The translations under genes and the position numbers were made by a program. The notes beneath the pieces are model-generated. The model saw only the letters and a program-made list of their open reading frames with translations. It was not told where the DNA came from and searched no databases. Shown in pieces: positions 1 to 8,336 of a stretch of 29,845 nucleotides of DNA; the first letter of the stretch is position 1; the number at the start of each line of letters is the position of its first letter. The DNA is taken from the IMG/VR virus record IMGVR_UViG_3300024248_000398, positions 1-29,845 of that record; one strand, given 5' to 3'. Source of the stretch: a virus. Taxonomy: Duplodnaviria > Caudoviricetes.

Positions 1-111
1 TTTACCTCCTGGACCTGGTTTACCTCCTGGACCTGGTTTACCTCCTGGACCTGGTTTACCTCCTGGACCTGGTTTACCTCCTGGACCTGGTTTACCTCCT
101 GGACCTGGTTT
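1..111. repeat. Perfect 18-bp tandem repeat (tttacctcctggacctgg) x6 plus ttt, truncated by window edge; encodes PGPGGK on the minus strand
   Basis: Identical units start at 1, 19, 37, 55, 73 and 91. Confidence 0.97.
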
Positions 112-552
112 AGATTCACCACCACCGAACATCATTTGCTGTTGCATTTGAATATTCTTTAGTTGTTCAGCCCTAGCTTGGGCTTCTTGTTTTCTGGTCT
201 CAGCTTTGTTTCTTCTATTAGTATTAGTACCAGGTGTAATACGATCTAAAAACTTACCAAACTTACCCAATCCTCTTCCTACCGCACCTGCTGTTTTAGC
301 TACACCTCTAGCTGTTGTTCCTATACCCTGACCAGCTAGCTGAGCTGCGTTTGTTGCACCCCTACCTAACCCTTTCGCAGCACTAACAGTATTATCACCA
401 TAATTACTACGGATCGGCGATGTACTACTTCGTCTCCATTCTAAAAGAGTTTGTTTAAAATTACCCTTTTTATAAACATTTTCTATAATAGGATTTTTTT
501 TATTAAGATTAAAAACTTTTTCAGTTTTTTCAAATAATTCTTTATCGGTCAT
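1..552 (-). CDS. Hypothetical protein (3' end outside window), Gly/Ala-rich middle and (PGPGGK)n repeat; possible virion/internal protein
   Basis: Not in the ORF track. Manual translation from ATG at 552 is open to base 1: MTDKELFEKTEKVFNLNKKNPIIENVYKKGNFKQTLLEW...MQQQMMFGGGESK(PGPGGK)6. TAAATA lies 5 nt upstream of the ATG. Confidence 0.85.
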   Translation of the reverse strand, partial: MTDKELFEKTEKVFNLNKKNPIIENVYKKGNFKQTLLEWRRSSTSPIRSNYGDNTVSAAKGLGRGATNAAQLAGQGIGTTARGVAKTAGAVGRGLGKFGKFLDRITPGTNTNRRNKAETRKQEAQARAEQLKNIQMQQQMMFGGGESKPGPGGKPGPGGKPGPGGKPGPGGKPGPGGKPGPGGK

Positions 553-579
553 TGAAATATTTAATCTATATAGTATAAT
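552..579 (+). promoter_or_regulatory. Sigma70-type promoter for folE2 (TTGAAA-N16-TATAAT-N6-ATG)
   Basis: TTGAAA 552-557, TATAAT 574-579, ATG 586. Confidence 0.7.
558..563 (-). promoter_or_regulatory. T4-like late promoter core TAAATA, 5 nt before ATG 552
   Basis: tattta on + strand at 558-563; the same spacing recurs at many gene starts. Confidence 0.6.
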
Positions 580-585
580 AGATAT

Positions 586-1638
586 ATGTCCGAAAAAAAT
601 AAAAGTTACGAATGGTTAGGTGATGATGTAAGTGAGAGTGAACTTACCGGTGAGAAGGATATTATTGCAAAAGAACTAATGGGTGAAGAATATAGTAAGA
701 GTTATTTTCCTCCTATTAGAGTTTATGATAATAAAGTTAAAGCTGATAGAAAATATATTTCATCATTACCTGATTTACAAAACGGTCCATCAAGTTTAAT
801 TCAAGGTGCTGCAGTACCTATCCAACAAGTAGGTATACATAACTTCAAGTTACCTCTTACTTATAAGAAGAGAGATGGTAAGACTATTAATCTTGAAACT
901 AGTGTAACTGGTAGTGTTAGTTTAGAAGCTCATAAGAAGGGTATTAATATGTCCCGTATTATGAGAAGTTTTTATGACCATAAGGATGATCTATTTAGTA
1001 TTAATAATATTAAAGATGTATTAGAGTCTTATAGAGAAAATCTTAAATGCTTTGATTCGAGAATTATGCTTAAGATTTCATATCCTATTAAGCAAACTAG
1101 TTTACGTAGTGGTTTAGAAGGTTATCAATATTATGATGTAGTATTTGAAGGTGATCTTACTAAAGATGGTGAGTTTAAGAAGTATATTCACTTTGATTTT
1201 GTGTATTCATCTGCATGTCCTTGTAGTTTTGAATTAAGTGAGCATGCTGAAAAGTATCGTAATCGTGCTACAGTACCTCATAGTCAACGTAGTGTTGCAA
1301 GAGTTAGTGTTAAGTTTGATGATATGTTATGGGTGGAAGATATACAAGAGTTATGCTTAGCTGCTTTACAAACTGAAACTCAAGTTATGGTTAAGAGAGA
1401 AGATGAGCAAGCATTTGCCGAACTTAATGGTTCAAATCTAAAGTTTGTAGAAGATGCAGTACGTTTAATGTATGAAAAGCTTAATAATGAATCTCGTATT
1501 AAAGACTTTAAGATTGTAGCTTCTCATAATGAGAGTCTTCATAGCCATAATGCTATATCAGTTATAGTTAAAGGTGTTGAAGGAGGCTTTTCAGCAGGTG
1601 TTGCAAGAGATGTATTTGAAACTACAGGTTTAAGATAA
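586..1638 (+). CDS. folE2: GTP cyclohydrolase IB (FolE2/MptA family)
   Basis: Motifs LPDLQN, KGINMSR, SACPCS, PHSQRS, VKREDE, KFVEDAVR and ESLHSHNA are typical of FolE2. Confidence 0.93.
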   Translation: MSEKNKSYEWLGDDVSESELTGEKDIIAKELMGEEYSKSYFPPIRVYDNKVKADRKYISSLPDLQNGPSSLIQGAAVPIQQVGIHNFKLPLTYKKRDGKTINLETSVTGSVSLEAHKKGINMSRIMRSFYDHKDDLFSINNIKDVLESYRENLKCFDSRIMLKISYPIKQTSLRSGLEGYQYYDVVFEGDLTKDGEFKKYIHFDFVYSSACPCSFELSEHAEKYRNRATVPHSQRSVARVSVKFDDMLWVEDIQELCLAALQTETQVMVKREDEQAFAELNGSNLKFVEDAVRLMYEKLNNESRIKDFKIVASHNESLHSHNAISVIVKGVEGGFSAGVARDVFETTGLR

Positions 1639-2073
1639 TTAATCTAGGTTACCTTCAGCACTTACATCGATCAAACCGCCAAGTTGTTCGATGAAATCTT
1701 TACCAACGAGTATTTTATACTCGTTTTCTTTTCTATCACCTATAGAGAATTTAGTAGCTGGGTATTTTTTATCACCAATTTCAATATCAAACTCTACAAC
1801 TGGTCTAGTTTCAATATTACCAGAACCGATATTGATATTAATTAATTCAACAACAGGTTTCGTTAATATCTTATCATTAACAGTTTTAAATGGTATTTCT
1901 TCACCAACATTAGTGTTGAACTTATCACCTTCTACAGGTAATCCATGTAAAACATTATAAGCCCCATTGCCGCTATCAACTTTAGCTTCAATGGGACCTA
2001 ATTCTTTAAAAGTTATAGTTTCAATCAAACCAAGAGGTTTGTTGGATTCAAAAAATGTTTTAAAGTTAATCAC
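1639..2073 (-). CDS. Retropepsin-like aspartic protease (RimK-associated 'ATP-dependent zinc protease' type)
   Basis: AKVDSGNG catalytic D-S-G, plus ETRPVV, FSIGDR and ILVGKDFI motifs; GTG start. Confidence 0.8.
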   Translation of the reverse strand: MINFKTFFESNKPLGLIETITFKELGPIEAKVDSGNGAYNVLHGLPVEGDKFNTNVGEEIPFKTVNDKILTKPVVELININIGSGNIETRPVVEFDIEIGDKKYPATKFSIGDRKENEYKILVGKDFIEQLGGLIDVSAEGNLD

Positions 2074-2078
2074 ATTAT

Positions 2079-2084
2079 TATTTA
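2079..2084 (-). promoter_or_regulatory. Late promoter core TAAATA, 5 nt before GTG 2073
   Basis: tattta at 2079-2084; overlaps the upstream stop codon. Confidence 0.55.
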
Positions 2085-2270
2085 TGCTTTACCTGTATTC
2101 TTTACATCCTGAATTTCTTTTCTAATAACTTTTGTAAGCTTTGCAATTTCTAGAAGAGCTTTTCTAGCTCTAGTACCAGCTGCTGCAACACCCTTTTCGT
2201 TAAACTTTTCAATTTCTTCTTGAAAAGCATTGTATTGATCTGTTAGTAATGTAATATTATTTTCTTCCAT
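2082..2270 (-). CDS. Small histone H1-like (Hc1-type) DNA-binding protein
   Basis: The KGVAAAGTRARKALLEI motif resembles the GNKAAGTRARK signature of short bacterial Hc1/'histone H1' proteins; 62 aa, helical. Confidence 0.72.
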   Translation of the reverse strand: MEENNITLLTDQYNAFQEEIEKFNEKGVAAAGTRARKALLEIAKLTKVIRKEIQDVKNTGKA

Positions 2271-2277
2271 AATAATC

Positions 2278-2285
2278 TATTTATA
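2278..2285 (-). promoter_or_regulatory. Full T4 late promoter TATAAATA upstream of the Hc1-like gene
   Basis: tatttata at 2278-2285, 7 nt before ATG 2270. Confidence 0.65.
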
Positions 2286-2310
2286 AAGGTAATATTTTTT
2301 TTCAAATATA

Positions 2311-2922
2311 TTATATGTATTCATCTTTTAAGGTAGTTTTATTAAACCAATTACCATCATGGTAGTGTTTACCATATTTACTGAAAGTATTAACATCATA
2401 ACCAGTAATTTTTTTATTCTTAAGAAAATTGTTAAGCATTAGCGGTCCTGTACTATATAATACTTCAATTGTCTGGGTTTTTATATTTTTAATATTATCA
2501 ATTTTTTTAATAGCTTTTATATATAGTAGTAGTTCTTTATAAAGAGTTTCTTTTTTATTAGCATATAATAAAAAAGGTCCATAATACTCTATGCCTTTTT
2601 CAAATTTTTCTTTGAAAAATATACAATCATTACTAATTAATAATTCTTCTATATTTGAATATAGTTTAACATCGATATCTATATATAAACCTCCAAAATT
2701 ATATATGATATAATATTTTGCATAATCAATCTTTTCAATTTTTGATTTAAATTTTATTTTTTCATTTTTTAATAAACTATCAATACTTTTATCATCCCAA
2801 AATATAAAATTCCAACCAGGTAATTTTTTTTTCCATGAATCAATATTTTTTAAATATTTTTCAGGTATATTTTCATTTTTCCAAGTGTAATGTAAATTTT
2901 TCGTTATATTTGTTGTTTGCAT
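2311..2922 (-). CDS. Glycosyltransferase, GT32/OCH1-like (DxD sugar-binding)
   Basis: KNLHYTWK, SWKK..PGW..FWDD, IDYAKY, GGLYIDIDV (DxD) and STGP motifs. Confidence 0.85.
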   Translation of the reverse strand: MQTTNITKNLHYTWKNENIPEKYLKNIDSWKKKLPGWNFIFWDDKSIDSLLKNEKIKFKSKIEKIDYAKYYIIYNFGGLYIDIDVKLYSNIEELLISNDCIFFKEKFEKGIEYYGPFLLYANKKETLYKELLLYIKAIKKIDNIKNIKTQTIEVLYSTGPLMLNNFLKNKKITGYDVNTFSKYGKHYHDGNWFNKTTLKDEYI

Positions 2923-3619
2923 CTCCGGTCCACATTATTGAATCATTTAAATGTTTTCTATCTTTATAAGTTTCCTCAAGTAAGTGTATATCAATATTAT
3001 TAGGTTTAAATTTATGTAAAGCGTAATGGTCAGCATCCCAATCAGTAAAATTATTTTCCGTAAAAATATAATTTATAATTTTCTCGATATAAGTTTTATT
3101 ATTTTTTGTATTTTTAAATAAAAGAAAACCTTCATTACTAAAAACATCACTATTAGACTCGCTCTTTACAGTCAGTAGATCATGGTTTAAATTAAACACG
3201 TCATCGAAATTTTTAAGAGCTATGGTATCTACATCTAACGATAAAACATTATAATTCTTATTTAAAAGTTCATTAATTGATAAAAATCTTGAATGACACG
3301 TGTAAAAACTTCTTGGACTATATAAAATTTTTCTAACATCTAAAATGTTCTTAATTTTATATACATGATTCAATATAATTTTTTCCTTAGTTTTTAAAAG
3401 TGTCTTTTTATTACTAATTAATGGGTTATCTTCAATAATATTAATATTTTTATATTTAGTTTTTATTTCATGAAGTTGTTCACTAGTAAAATCTATTACC
3501 CTAACAAAAATATCTGCTTTAACTTTAACTTCGATTAAGGAATCTAAAAATGGATACAGATATTTAACGTAGTTATAATCAGTTGAACATGTAATAGCGT
3601 TATTCAAAATAGTTTTCAT
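2873..3619 (-). CDS. GT-A fold glycosyltransferase-like protein, paralog A
   Basis: LSLDVDTI (DxD); shares STD..Y, YKD and S(I/Y)(M/L)W(T/S)G blocks with 9720..10583 and 10561..11361. Confidence 0.65.
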   Translation of the reverse strand: MKTILNNAITCSTDYNYVKYLYPFLDSLIEVKVKADIFVRVIDFTSEQLHEIKTKYKNINIIEDNPLISNKKTLLKTKEKIILNHVYKIKNILDVRKILYSPRSFYTCHSRFLSINELLNKNYNVLSLDVDTIALKNFDDVFNLNHDLLTVKSESNSDVFSNEGFLLFKNTKNNKTYIEKIINYIFTENNFTDWDADHYALHKFKPNNIDIHLLEETYKDRKHLNDSIMWTGDANNKYNEKFTLHLEK

Positions 3620-4709
3620 ATTTACTTTTTCTCCTTATATCTAAAGTAGTGCAATGATGAGCGCCGCTAAAAATTTCGCAGTGTCTAAAAGGTGTACCTA
3701 TCGCTTCTATATTATATTTTCTAAGTTTATAATTTAAAACTTTTTCATATTGAGGATGACATACAATTAATTCTTTCGATATACTAAAAACGTTTAATTC
3801 TATTCTAGGTGAAGCAAGTTTTATACATTGTTTATCTATTTCTTGTTTACTACGCTCTCTCATAGGTATATAGACAAGATCCCATGTTTGTAACTCTTTC
3901 GGTAATTTATCTCTAATAAACTCTTTTGTTATTATAGCAAGACCTGGTTTAAGGGGTAAAAAAGAAGAATCGATATGAGAATCTGCAAGCGGGGCAGTTA
4001 AAATTTTATATTTATTACCTAAAGTATTCTGAAGCCATTGTGCACCTAACCTTTGATTTTCATTAACAACATTCATTAATATATGACTACCTAATCTCAT
4101 ACAATTAGCAGCATCAAACATTATTTCATAACCACAATCGTAGTAATTTTCTTTTTGCTTTATATCATTATAGTGTTGTCTTCCGGTAGATTCTTCAATC
4201 CAGGATAAATCAAAACTATTATCAGTCATTAAAGGTTTTGGAGCATGTAACCACTTACCACCCTTTTTAAAATAGTCTAAAAATAAATGATGTAATAAAT
4301 TATTTTCAAAATATCGATATCTACATGTCGGTGGTGATTCAATAATCGTGTCCCCTACAACCATAGCCATATCTCTTACATTTAAAGCGGGGTGTATTGT
4401 ACTATCAAATACAGGTGTTTTTACATTACATATACGATTTGGCTTTTTAGGTCGTTTAACTATAACATTTAAAGTTTTTAATAGATCGACAAATTTTTCA
4501 AGATCTTCTGAATGCTCTTCACAATGTTTTTTATTAATTGTTTGATTACCAAATTCATAATGTTTACCGTTATATAAATTTTCATGAAAAAATAATTTAA
4601 AGGAATAATCAAGTAATGGTAGGTCTGTAGGAAAACCATTACCAACGATTACTTCTTCAAGTTGATCCCATTCATTATGACTATTTACTATCGAATTCTT
4701 TAAGCTCAT
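3600..4709 (-). CDS. Amidinotransferase (glycine/inosamine-phosphate amidinotransferase, pentein fold)
   Basis: VNSHNEWDQLEEVIVG N-terminus, RD, FDAAN, HID and GAHHCTTLDIRR provide the catalytic Asp/His/Cys. Confidence 0.9.
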   Translation of the reverse strand: MSLKNSIVNSHNEWDQLEEVIVGNGFPTDLPLLDYSFKLFFHENLYNGKHYEFGNQTINKKHCEEHSEDLEKFVDLLKTLNVIVKRPKKPNRICNVKTPVFDSTIHPALNVRDMAMVVGDTIIESPPTCRYRYFENNLLHHLFLDYFKKGGKWLHAPKPLMTDNSFDLSWIEESTGRQHYNDIKQKENYYDCGYEIMFDAANCMRLGSHILMNVVNENQRLGAQWLQNTLGNKYKILTAPLADSHIDSSFLPLKPGLAIITKEFIRDKLPKELQTWDLVYIPMRERSKQEIDKQCIKLASPRIELNVFSISKELIVCHPQYEKVLNYKLRKYNIEAIGTPFRHCEIFSGAHHCTTLDIRRKSKYENYFE

Positions 4710-5478
4710 TTAATTGTATTTCTAACGGTTTAACATTTAAATCAAATTTAGTTGCAAGAGATCTATCTAAAACTTTATCAACCTTTTGACCTTCAATACT
4801 ATCTGTTAATGTTCTTTTTACAATTATATTTAAAGAATATATTTTTGATATCAATTTACATAAATTATATTTAGATATTTTTTCCGGACTATGTAAATGT
4901 CTAACACCGTTCCAAAAACTATTATCTAAAATAATATTCTGTATATACTTAGCTAACTCTAAAGCAGTTACCCCATTCCATATACAGTTATCGTAACCTT
5001 GAATTTCTTTACCTTTATTTTCAAAGAGCCATTTTAGTAGACCACTATATTGACCAATAAAAGATGTTCTAATTATTGTACCTCTTTTAACTAATTTTTT
5101 AGATAATGCATATACATCAGTTGCATCTGTTTTATTATATTCACTATAATTACCTTTATCACCTTTGAATACACAGTCAGAACATATTTGAATAAAATGA
5201 GCATTATACGTTTCACATATTTCATTTAATGAATTAGGAAAACCTGAATTTATTATAAAAGTTTTTTCTTTACCAACTTCTTTTATTTTTGGTTTTAAAA
5301 TACCCACACAGTTAATAACAACATCACCCGGTTTTAGTATTGAAGTTAAAAAATTAAAATCAGTTGTAATGGCATCAAAATCTCTTCTACAAAAAGATTG
5401 GCAATTAAACTGTTTGGATAGATAGTTAAATATATAACTACCTGCGTTTCCGTTACCTAATACTATTACTTTCATCAA
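4681..5478 (-). CDS. dTDP-4-dehydrorhamnose reductase-like SDR (RmlD family)
   Basis: GNGNAG Rossmann motif, INCVG, SDCVFKG.KG.Y.E, YALSK (YxxxK), IRTSFIG. Confidence 0.85.
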   Translation of the reverse strand: MMKVIVLGNGNAGSYIFNYLSKQFNCQSFCRRDFDAITTDFNFLTSILKPGDVVINCVGILKPKIKEVGKEKTFIINSGFPNSLNEICETYNAHFIQICSDCVFKGDKGNYSEYNKTDATDVYALSKKLVKRGTIIRTSFIGQYSGLLKWLFENKGKEIQGYDNCIWNGVTALELAKYIQNIILDNSFWNGVRHLHSPEKISKYNLCKLISKIYSLNIIVKRTLTDSIEGQKVDKVLDRSLATKFDLNVKPLEIQLNELKEFDSK

Positions 5479-6094
5479 AACAATCTAATTTAGATAGATC
5501 TACTCGGTAATCATCACTACATGCACTATCACTATTTCTTTCTTTAGGTATAGCATAGAAATTTTGTATACCTGTAACTGCTTGTTCAGGTGACATATAC
5601 ATATGATAACCAATTTCCTCAACTGGTAATTTTAACATATCATTATAATATATAGAAGGTCTACCATCATAACGCATGCGTTTGAACCAATCTGCAGCAT
5701 GTTTTTCATCAGTTAAAATCATACCACCTTTACCAGTTGATAATATTTTTTTAAAATTAAATGATAAACAATAAAATGTATTTTTTATAAACATTTGTGG
5801 GTAAAATCTCTGAGCTGAATCAACAACTGGCACATTACCGATTGTATAGGCACCTGACCAAGACTTATCTACAAACTTTACTTTATAACCTGCATGTATG
5901 GCTTGCATAGGTACAGAAACATAGGTACGTTTTGGTATTTCAACAAACTCGGCAGAGTCATTACCTAATTTACAATATTTAAACGATAAAAAAAGTGCAT
6001 TAGTGCAGCTATCAACTGCTATAGCATATTTACTACCAGCGTATTCAGCAATTAGTTCTTCAAATTTATCTATATTTTCCCAAACTGTTTTCAT
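5453..6094 (-). CDS. DegT/DnrJ/EryC1/StrS PLP-dependent sugar aminotransferase (short form)
   Basis: FEELIAEYAGSKYAIAVDSCTNAL, DSAQ and SFNFKKILSTGKGGMI (PLP lysine); only 213 aa. Confidence 0.85.
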   Translation of the reverse strand: MKTVWENIDKFEELIAEYAGSKYAIAVDSCTNALFLSFKYCKLGNDSAEFVEIPKRTYVSVPMQAIHAGYKVKFVDKSWSGAYTIGNVPVVDSAQRFYPQMFIKNTFYCLSFNFKKILSTGKGGMILTDEKHAADWFKRMRYDGRPSIYYNDMLKLPVEEIGYHMYMSPEQAVTGIQNFYAIPKERNSDSACSDDYRVDLSKLDCFDESNSIR

Positions 6095-6711
6095 GATTTA
6101 TGATATATTAAATTAAACCCCTCTGCATATGCTGTGTTACATTCCATACCTCGAAACATTGCATATGTTTTTATACCATCCAATGATCTAGGATTAGGAA
6201 ACTCTCTAACTTCGTTCTTATATTCACCAAAACGTTTTATTTTAAAATTTATATTATACAATGAAAGTTCTTCATAATAATTACACTTAAAGTTGTTGTT
6301 AAATGATTGTGTAGTAGAAGATGGTACTTCATACATTAAAATCTTATCAGGTGAATGTTCTTGATATCTTCTTAAAACAACTTCACATATTTCATAAACA
6401 GTTTTATGATCCATATTAAAATCATCTTTATTAGGGATAAAAACTATATTCGGTTTCAAATCATTATATATTTTTTCAACACTTTTTAATAATTTATTTT
6501 TTATAATATTATACGATTCGTCTTGAAATGGTAAAATATGAACAGATGTAAAATCTTTTGTAGCTTTCTCTATTTGAATACCATCATCATTTTTTCTTAC
6601 ACCACATATTATTACATGTACATCATTACCTGCATTGATATACTTATGAGCTGTACCACCTACACCAAGTAGTTCATCATCCGCATGCGGAGCTATAATT
6701 AATACACTCAT
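6091..6711 (-). CDS. PIG-L/LmbE family N-acetyl-sugar deacetylase
   Basis: IAPHADDELLGVGG, DH and AEGF motifs. Start moved from 6726 to ATG 6711 (MSVLII) on promoter spacing. Confidence 0.88.
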   Translation of the reverse strand: MSVLIIAPHADDELLGVGGTAHKYINAGNDVHVIICGVRKNDDGIQIEKATKDFTSVHILPFQDESYNIIKNKLLKSVEKIYNDLKPNIVFIPNKDDFNMDHKTVYEICEVVLRRYQEHSPDKILMYEVPSSTTQSFNNNFKCNYYEELSLYNINFKIKRFGEYKNEVREFPNPRSLDGIKTYAMFRGMECNTAYAEGFNLIYHKS

Positions 6712-6717
6712 ATTAAT

Positions 6718-6745
6718 ATTATACATGTATAATCCTATAAATCAA
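6718..6745 (-). promoter_or_regulatory. Sigma70-type internal promoter TTGATT-N16-TATAAT-N6-ATG, with a 16-bp palindrome over the -10
   Basis: aatcaa 6740-6745, attata 6718-6723, cat 6709-6711; attatacatgtataat at 6718-6733 is a perfect palindrome. Confidence 0.6.
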
Positions 6746-7548
6746 AAACTATTTTTAAATATTTCTACTGATTCAATACCTCGAAGGGTTCCACATGCAT
6801 TACAATTACTACAAGGATATTTTCCTCTCTTTTCTATTAAAATTCTTCTATATAAATTAAGATCATCCCCATACCATATATCTTTAAATTTAGTTTTTTG
6901 TATATTTCCAAAATTAACACTTTTTGACCAATCATTTTCACATAATAATATATCCCCATTCCAGTCAATAAATGCTTTATAAAAAGGTATATAGCATGGG
7001 TTATTATTACCTGATCCTTGCTTTTTAATTATTTCCAAACGATTAACAATATTAATATTATAGTTATCATCTTTATTATAATTATGAGAGTAAACCATTT
7101 GTATAGGTATATTTTCTTTTAAAGACTCAAAATATTCTGTTTTATCTTTATCATACATACTCACGCATATAACATTACATCCACTTTCATATAATTTTTT
7201 AATGGTAGTTTTATTTAATTTATCACCATTTGTAACTATCTCTAAAAACTTAATATTTGGTATAAGTTCTTTTACTTTACTGATACAAGAAAAAATATCT
7301 TTATGTAAAAGAGGTTCCCCGAAACCAGCAAACCCTATTCTATTATTAAAATTTATATCATTTAAATCGTTACATAATTTTTCAATAGTATCGAGTGATA
7401 TATGCTTGTTACTATTTGGATAAGTTTTTGGATCACTTCTTGGACAAAAAACGCACTTTCTATTACATAGTTCCGTTGAGTTAATTTGAACACTTTTAAG
7501 CATACTATTAACTTTTTGCTGCTTAAATCTTAATTCTTCTTTAGACAT
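6742..7548 (-). CDS. Radical SAM enzyme with C-terminal SPASM/twitch domain
   Basis: CNRKCVFC (CxxxCxxC), GFGEPLLH, TNG; C-terminal PCY.P..IDWNGD..LC and CSNC. Confidence 0.92.
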   Translation of the reverse strand: MSKEELRFKQQKVNSMLKSVQINSTELCNRKCVFCPRSDPKTYPNSNKHISLDTIEKLCNDLNDINFNNRIGFAGFGEPLLHKDIFSCISKVKELIPNIKFLEIVTNGDKLNKTTIKKLYESGCNVICVSMYDKDKTEYFESLKENIPIQMVYSHNYNKDDNYNINIVNRLEIIKKQGSGNNNPCYIPFYKAFIDWNGDILLCENDWSKSVNFGNIQKTKFKDIWYGDDLNLYRRILIEKRGKYPCSNCNACGTLRGIESVEIFKNSF

Positions 7549-8336
7549 TTTTTAATAAAATCAATATTAGTTAAGGACATTCTATTGTTTTTTAATTTAA
7601 TAGAATTAAACACATCCACATCATTTAATAAAATATAATTACCGTAACTATAATCACATAATTTTTGTTGTATTAAAAACTGCTTCGTCTCATTCATTCG
7701 TTCTACATGTAGTTTAATATCATTTAAAATAAATGGTAAATATTGTTCTATATTACCTATAGTTATATGACCTGGTCTAAATTTTTGAAGTTCTTCAGTA
7801 ATTTCTTTATTAGCGAAAGCATACCCAAATCGAGCACCTGGTAAAGCGTAAGATTTGGATAAAGTTTTTAGTGTTATAATCCTATCAGAAAATTGTATAT
7901 CATCTTTATAAAAATCTGCATATGCTTCATCCAAAATAATGTATTTATACTTTAATAATAAAGGTTGTATATTTTCAATACTACCGGTATTACCATTAGG
8001 TGATGCAATATATACAAAATCATTACCTTTAGGTATACCGTATTCTGCTTGAAGTAAACTAACTAACTGCCATGTAGGTTTACCATATACCGTTAAAGAC
8101 ATATTTTGTCTTTTAATAAATTGTAATACTCTAGTAATTAGTTCACTTAAACCTAAACCAATAGTAATATTTTTAACATCTATATTATAAAACTTACTTA
8201 ATATATCATAACTATAAAATGGGTCATTATATTTAGTTAAATCAAACTTTACATTTATATTATAGTTATCATGACAAATATTTGTACTAAGGTCGCATAT
8301 TTTATCATAATATGGTTTAGTCCAATCAGCTCTCAT
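7530..8336 (-). CDS. PLP-dependent aminotransferase class I/II (HisC/CobD-like), short
   Basis: SPNGNTG, ILDEAYADF and KTLSKSYALPGARFGY motifs. Confidence 0.85.
   Translation of the reverse strand: MRADWTKPYYDKICDLSTNICHDNYNINVKFDLTKYNDPFYSYDILSKFYNIDVKNITIGLGLSELITRVLQFIKRQNMSLTVYGKPTWQLVSLLQAEYGIPKGNDFVYIASPNGNTGSIENIQPLLLKYKYIILDEAYADFYKDDIQFSDRIITLKTLSKSYALPGARFGYAFANKEITEELQKFRPGHITIGNIEQYLPFILNDIKLHVERMNETKQFLIQQKLCDYSYGNYILLNDVDVFNSIKLKNNRMSLTNIDFIKKCLKKN

Noticed and set aside
1-111. Possible CRISPR array
   Set aside because: The repeats are directly adjacent with no spacers and lie in frame within a coding sequence.
586-4709. FolE2 plus amidinotransferase as an archaeosine (dG+) DNA-modification pathway
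   Set aside because: Archaeosine amidino formation uses ArcS, QueF-like or GAT-QueC enzymes rather than a pentein amidinotransferase, and no queC/D/E or dpdA is seen in the window.
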